Positions 61,001 to 64,000 of a stretch of DNA of 64,000 nucleotides are shown piece by piece. This DNA is from Octopus sinensis (Eukaryota), in assembly GCF_006345805.1 (NCBI RefSeq), contig NC_043013.1, positions 23,064,001 through 23,128,000 on the forward strand, written 5' to 3'. The stretch's first letter is position 1, and each line of letters opens with the position of its first letter. Below the pieces are notes generated by a model. It had not been told where the DNA came from. It did not search any database and was given only the letters and a program-made list of their open reading frames with translations. The position numbers and the translations under genes were made by a program.

Positions 61001-63288
61001 AGTGCACAAACTTTGGATAGAATTTACACATGGTAGTATTTTGTATACACAGACCATTAAAAATTAGAGGGAACAATGTTTAGGTCAAACATCTTGTCCT
61101 GCATGCTATATCAAACAGCCGTCCAGACCACAAGAAAGATAAACGGCTTGGGTAGAATTTAAGCAGGATTTGAACACAAACTGTAAGCTTGTTTCCCACA
61201 TCTCTGGCAAAAAGTTGCAACAGGTTCCTAAATCATAGCTGAGCAGTGAACAGCAGAAAGGTATCCATATGCAAGAAAAAAAATTACTCCAACACGAACC
61301 AGTCTCCTCATCACTACGATGCCATTTAAAAACATGTAAAATATATAAATACACCTACAAATATATATACACATGCACACACATGTCTACACATACAAAT
61401 ATAAACACACAGAGAAAAGAGGTTCTTTTATTCCTTTGAATGTTTTGTTTTTACCTTATCACGCAATAAACTGACGCAGAATTCCACTTCTCGATTCCTG
61501 AGATTAGCATAAGCTGGATTACCATGATCAATGATGATACGAAGATAGGTATACACACTGGCAGCCATCAGAGTGGGGAATCTCTCTAACCAAGCTCTAC
61601 AAACAATTAGAACAACATGAACATTTTCAAGCATTTGAGAAATTCTTGAGAATTTCGTCATTTCTCTTTTTTTAATCTATTTTTAATTGTTAATTTCAAA
61701 TAACTGTTTTACAAATTTAGGTACTTTCATTGGATTTTTATTGATGCTTAAAATATCTAGCAGGCTGGGATACAGCCAAGTCACTCACGTGATTAATAAG
61801 GTTGTCCGACTGGCTTCCGTGCCGGTGGCACGTAAATTGCACCAATCCGACCGTGGCCATTGCCAGCCTCGCCTGGCACCTGTGCGGGTGGCACGTAAAA
61901 AGCACCCACTACACTCACGGAGTGGTTGGCGTTAGGAAGGGCATCCAGCTGTAGAAACATAAGATAAGACTGGAGCCTGGTGCAGCCTTCTGGCTTCCCA
62001 GATCCCCGGTCGAACCGTCCAAACCATGCTAGCATGGAGAACGGACGTTAAACGATGATGATGATGATGATGTCCAGGAAGGGGGTCATACCCAACAACT
62101 GGTGTAACAACACTGTAGTCAACAGTTACAGAGGTAAAGGAGATGCCTTACACAGAATTACAGAGGCATCGAATTATTGGACCAAATGTAATGAAAGTTG
62201 CAGAAAGGGTCATAGCGCTATTAAAGAAAACAAAAAGATAACAAAATTATTTTATTCTTACCGGTTTTCAGAGAGTAAGTCTAACATTTGTTCAGCAAGC
62301 CACAAATTCTTTGGACTAACATCTCCACCTTAAAACAAACAGAAGAAAAATAATAAACAAACTTAAGAATAACAAATTTTGTTATTTCTATAAATTATAC
62401 CCGAAGATCCTGCAGTATATTAGCCCCTACACCCTTTTCATCTTGTGTCTTCAGAAAATTGGAAAAAGTGATATCAGGTTGTAAAAACTCTGATAACTTT
62501 AAAAGAAATGCAGAACCACCTCCAACCAATGCCATCCTGGAAATATGGGACATTCTATAAACAGATGGCAGAACCAGAATATGAATTCGTAAGCACTGAA
62601 TAAGTTGTCTTCCATTCAGTTATTAAAGAATATTTAAAATTGGGAGAGAAGAGAAGAAAGAAAAATTGGAGTGATAGCTTGTGAGAATAAACTAGTTAAT
62701 AAGAGAGAAAGACACAATGAAAGGGAGGGCGAGAGAGAGAAAGAAAGAGATGAAGAGACATCAAGCTAGGAAAAGACAGGGTAATGAATAGGGGAGAGAT
62801 GGGGGGGTGAGAGACAGCAAATAAATAACAGGAGAGAGAGAGAGAATCAGAGATTCAAATGAAAAAAAAGTGGGAAAGAAGTGTTTAAAAGAGAGAGAGA
62901 GATAATACATGAGTAGAGTAAGAATAATAAGAGAAAGAGAGAGAGAGAGAGACTGAGAGGTGAATGAGCATAAAGAAAAGAAAGGAAAGAAAAGAAAAAT
63001 AAGAATACAAATATTTAAATGCAGCAATACAATCTTTTAGCAAAACAAAATATTTTCTTTTTTTTTTTTTGGGGAAATCTGTTAATGAAAAAATAATAAT
63101 TATAAGAATAAAAATGAAAAGAATAAACTAAGAAAAAAAAAATCAGTGTAGGTAAATGTTGCAGTGAATGATAAGAATTAAAGGTAAATGAGAGAAAACT
63201 GACCAGCTATCTGCCGAATTAATGCGAAACATGTGCCATCAGATCCAACAACTGCATTCTTCACAAACTCCCTCATCAGCCATAAAAT
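15043..63288 (-). CDS. INTS3: Integrator complex subunit 3 (SOSS complex subunit A), 5'-truncated by the window edge; 28 coding exons, 908 aa in window
   Basis: The spliced translation is collinear with the human INTS3 sequence as I recall it (e.g. [76 protein letters not shown]-terminal [13 protein letters not shown]...DSD). All 27 introns are GT-AG, phases match across every junction, and there are no internal stops. Confidence 0.97.
15720..15867 (-). CDS. INTS3: INTS3 exon 27: (K)[49 protein letters not shown]
   Basis: Acceptor ttccaacag, donor gtgagt; 148 nt. Confidence 0.92.
16539..16611 (-). CDS. INTS3: INTS3 exon 26: (F)[23 protein letters not shown](K)
   Basis: Acceptor ttcttgtag, donor gtgagt; 73 nt. 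Confidence 0.92.
17026..17117 (-). CDS. INTS3: INTS3 exon 25: (R)[30 protein letters not shown](F)
   Basis: Acceptor gtctttcag, donor gtaagt; 92 nt. Confidence 0.92.
17217..17427. mobile_element. piggyBac-type MITE
   Basis: TTAA flanks at 17213-17216 and 17428-17431; termini CCCTTT...AAAGGA; homologous to 29682-29900. Confidence 0.75.
17645..17812 (-). CDS. INTS3: INTS3 exon 24: (C)[55 protein letters not shown](R)
   Basis: Acceptor ttgcttgcag, donor gtaacc; 168 nt. Confidence 0.93.
18545..18593 (-). CDS. INTS3: INTS3 exon 23: (T)[15 protein letters not shown](C)
   Basis: Acceptor ctttgtacag, donor gtaagt; 49 nt. Confidence 0.93.
19349..19462 (-). CDS. INTS3: INTS3 exon 22: (N)[37 protein letters not shown](T)
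   Basis: Acceptor catccaccag, donor gtaagt; 114 nt. Confidence 0.94.
19671..20496. repeat. 413-bp direct tandem duplication in INTS3 intron 21
   Basis: 19671-20083 and 20084-20496; I saw only one substitution (ctccaaacaatg vs ctccaaccaatg). Confidence 0.92.
20723..20798 (-). CDS. INTS3: INTS3 exon 21: [25 protein letters not shown](N)
   Basis: Acceptor catttccag, donor gtaagt; 76 nt. Confidence 0.94.
21054..21278 (-). mobile_element. SINE family A, near full length
   Basis: Reverse complement of the ggcggcgagctggcagaaacg...gtagtaaagaaatagg consensus. Confidence 0.88.
21377..21445 (-). CDS. INTS3: INTS3 exon 20: [23 protein letters not shown]
   Basis: Acceptor ccttctcag, donor gtgagt; 69 nt. 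Confidence 0.94.
21691..22023. mobile_element. Foldback MITE with long palindromic arms (ttgccaacataacatggcagtcc ... ggactgccgtgttatgttggcaa)
   Basis: Arms longer than 100 bp pair internally; second copy at 33720-34052 and an internally deleted copy at about 56790-56920. Confidence 0.85.
23020..23079 (-). CDS. INTS3: INTS3 exon 19: [20 protein letters not shown]
   Basis: Acceptor ttttgtttag, donor gtaagt; 60 nt. Confidence 0.94.
24646..24739 (-). CDS. INTS3: INTS3 exon 18: (S)[31 protein letters not shown]
   Basis: Acceptor atattttcag, donor gtaaat; 94 nt. Confidence 0.93.
26132..26251 (-). CDS. INTS3: INTS3 exon 17: (R)[39 protein letters not shown](S)
   Basis: Acceptor ttccttccag, donor gtaagg; 120 nt. 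Confidence 0.94.
26690..26937 (+). mobile_element. SINE family D: tRNA-like head, (AAT)n spacer, Penelope-like ctgatgaagg...ccgaaacg tail
   Basis: Head tggcatagtggttaagagtgcgggctactaaccccaagattcc; homologous to 51776-52080; a tail-only reverse copy lies at 26412-26535. Confidence 0.8.
27583..27627 (-). CDS. INTS3: INTS3 exon 16: (E)[14 protein letters not shown](R)
   Basis: Acceptor cttattcag, donor gtaggt; 45 nt. Confidence 0.93.
27830..29390 (-). mobile_element. Cluster of at least five partial or degenerate SINE A copies around a family B copy
   Basis: Repeated atcgacccc.aaaggatgaa.ggcaaagtc.acct...aatttgaactca modules. Confidence 0.75.
29682..29900. mobile_element. piggyBac-type MITE
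   Basis: TTAA TSD at 29678-29681 and 29901-29904; TIRs ccctttagtgtt / aatactaaaggg (11 of 12 match). Confidence 0.85.
30230..30333 (-). CDS. INTS3: INTS3 exon 15: [34 protein letters not shown](E)
   Basis: Acceptor cctttttcag, donor gtaagt; 104 nt. Confidence 0.93.
30666..30723 (-). CDS. INTS3: INTS3 exon 14: (T)[19 protein letters not shown]
   Basis: Acceptor tcttttacag, donor gtaagt; 58 nt. Confidence 0.92.
31151..31411. mobile_element. Probable hAT-type MITE, degenerate
   Basis: Termini cagggttcttaac ... gttgagaagcaccg resemble hAT CAGGGGTTCTCAAC TIRs; no TSD recovered. Confidence 0.45.
32379..32511 (-). CDS. INTS3: INTS3 exon 13: (G)[43 protein letters not shown](T)
   Basis: Acceptor taaatttag, donor gtatgt; 133 nt. 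Confidence 0.9.
32691..32819 (-). CDS. INTS3: INTS3 exon 12: (I)[42 protein letters not shown](G)
   Basis: Acceptor ttctgtttag, donor gtcagt; 129 nt; carries the acidic FSDDE motif. Confidence 0.9.
33720..34052. mobile_element. Foldback MITE, second copy
   Basis: Same arms and centre as 21691-22023. Confidence 0.85.
34056..34242. repeat. Degenerate ~26-bp tandem repeat, about 7 copies (tgtaacagagttgttcactgtatctc)
   Basis: Recurrent taaca...ttcactg... periodicity. Confidence 0.75.
34288..34379 (-). CDS. INTS3: INTS3 exon 11: (Q)[30 protein letters not shown](I)
   Basis: Acceptor ttcttttcag, donor gtaagt; 92 nt. Confidence 0.95.
34498..34589 (-). CDS. INTS3: INTS3 exon 10: [30 protein letters not shown](Q)
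   Basis: Acceptor gtgttgcag, donor gtaagt; 92 nt. Confidence 0.94.
35957..36036 (-). CDS. INTS3: INTS3 exon 9: (E)[26 protein letters not shown]
   Basis: Acceptor tgtatttcag, donor gtaatt; 80 nt. Confidence 0.95.
36218..36327. repeat. Long (TG)n microsatellite, representative of dozens of (CA/TG)n, (TA)n, (AAT)n, (CAT)n and (AG)n tracts in the window
   Basis: Seen directly; other tracts at e.g. 5575-5775, 14580-14990, 37495-37545, 46640-46720 and 51946-52000. Confidence 0.95.
37839..38062 (+). mobile_element. SINE family A, near full length
   Basis: aaggcggcgagctggcagaaacg ... gtagtaaagaaa; flanked on both sides by atatatattaagaag-like sequence (possible TSD). Confidence 0.88.
40686..40773 (-). 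CDS. INTS3: INTS3 exon 8: [29 protein letters not shown](E)
   Basis: Acceptor ttctgtatag, donor gtaagt; 88 nt; follows a 12.7-kb intron. Confidence 0.95.
49929..50145 (-). mobile_element. Helitron-like non-autonomous element, 3' part
   Basis: Reverse complement of 53160-53373, nearly identical. Confidence 0.7.
51776..52262. mobile_element. Head-to-head pair of family D SINEs: full copy on minus (51776-52080) and headless copy on plus (52082-52262)
   Basis: Tails are reverse complements; only one tRNA-like head is present (gagttcgattcc B box at about 52010-52030). Confidence 0.85.
52990..53373 (+). mobile_element. Helitron-like non-autonomous element
   Basis: 5' actagc followed by the short hairpin cccggcgttgctcagg; 3' cacagacaaactgccgtttatatagagagagat; no TSD. 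Family assignment is by terminal structure only. Confidence 0.65.
53520..53663 (-). CDS. INTS3: INTS3 exon 7: [48 protein letters not shown]
   Basis: Acceptor ttctttacag, donor gtaagc; 144 nt. Confidence 0.96.
55160..55207 (-). CDS. INTS3: INTS3 exon 6: [16 protein letters not shown]
   Basis: Acceptor ttaatttcag, donor gtactt; 48 nt. Confidence 0.95.
58055..58152 (-). CDS. INTS3: INTS3 exon 5: (G)[32 protein letters not shown]
   Basis: Acceptor catgttatag, donor gtgatg; 98 nt. Confidence 0.95.
58155..58277. repeat. ~30-bp tandem repeat, 4 copies, abutting the exon 5 acceptor
   Basis: Unit ataacatggagagagaaaaacattaatggc starts at 58155, 58184, 58215 and 58245. Confidence 0.92.
58991..59660. 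repeat. 25-bp GC-rich minisatellite, 27 units (agcctagtcgctcgtccccagacag)
   Basis: Units counted directly from 58991 to 59660; one unit is 24 bp. Confidence 0.96.
59939..60071 (-). CDS. INTS3: INTS3 exon 4: [44 protein letters not shown](G)
   Basis: Acceptor gtttttcag, donor gtaaaa; 133 nt. Confidence 0.95.
61455..61596 (-). CDS. INTS3: INTS3 exon 3: (R)[47 protein letters not shown]
   Basis: Acceptor ttgtttgtag, donor gtaaaa; 142 nt. Confidence 0.93.
62262..62328 (-). CDS. INTS3: INTS3 exon 2: (G)[21 protein letters not shown](R)
   Basis: Acceptor tttgttttaag, donor gtaaga; 67 nt. Confidence 0.93.
63204..63288 (-). CDS. INTS3: INTS3 exon 1 of window: [28 protein letters not shown](G)
   Basis: Acceptor ttgttctcag, donor gtcagt; 85 nt, phase 0 to 1. 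Confidence 0.93.
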
Positions 63289-64000
63289 CTGAGAACAAAA
63301 GAATATGCAATTGTCATAAACAAACAAGTGTTAAAGAATAAATCATCATAATAGTTTCCAACTGACAACAATCCCCCTCGGATAAGCCTCATTCATTATG
63401 GAACCACATCTGTGCAAAGATCATAATAAACAATACAAATAAAATAATTAAAAAAAAATAAACACGCTAATTATCATCATCATGCTGGCATGGGTTGGAC
63501 AGTTCGACTGGGACCCAGAAAGCCAGGAGGCTGCACCAGGCACCAGTCTGATCTGGCAAAGTTTTTACAGCTGGATGCCCTTCCTAATGCCAACTACTCT
63601 GAGAGTGTAGTGGGTGCTTTTTAAGTGCCACCAGCACAGGGGCCAGAGGGGGCTGGCATCAACCACGATCAGATGGTGCTTTTTACATGCCACTGGGATG
63701 GGAGCCAGTCAAGGTGGCGCTGGCATCGACTGCATTTGGCTGGTGCTTTTTACGTGCCACAGGCACAGAAGCCAGTCAGGGTGAGGGGACTGGCATCGAC
63801 CACGTTCAGATGGTGCTTTTTATGTGCCACTGGCACGGGGACCACAACTACAATTTCCATTTGATTGTGATTTTCTTTCATTTGATGTTGATGTACTTGA
63901 CTCAATTGGTCTGCTCAAGTACGGCATGTCACCCTACAATCCAAGGATACTTTCTGAGTTGGCTGGTTATGCAACAATACTTTACAAAATAAAGAAGTCC

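Noticed and set aside
15043-63288. U12-type or GC-AG introns in INTS3
   Set aside because: All 27 donors were read; all are GT with U2-type context and none matches RTATCCTT.

Overview
AT-rich, repeat-dense eukaryotic genomic DNA. I infer a coleoid cephalopod, most likely Octopus, from the SINE, Penelope-tail and microsatellite repertoire. The window is dominated by one minus-strand gene, Integrator complex subunit 3 (INTS3/SOSS-A). I reconstructed 28 coding exons by hand from 63288 down to the TGA at 15043-15045. All introns are GT-AG and the splice phases are consistent across every junction. The exons total 2727 nt (908 aa + stop). The N-terminal ~140 aa lie beyond the right edge of the window. 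Region 1-13500 has no recognisable intact gene. It holds decayed retrotransposons (RTE, Penelope-like, a gag/ORF1 zinc knuckle), SINEs, MITEs and Helitron-like pieces. I found no new biological system that I can support. The best second-look items are: PTC-introducing cryptic exons clustered in the introns between INTS3 exons 16-19; a tandemly multiplied branch-point/polypyrimidine module at one acceptor; a minisatellite with 10-unit higher-order structure; and several long intramolecular dsRNA stems, one with a tRNA-like head as its loop and one inverted pair flanking two exons. Exon numbers are window-relative. Comparisons with human INTS3 are from memory, not from a database search. Repeat boundaries are approximate unless a TSD or TIR fixes them.
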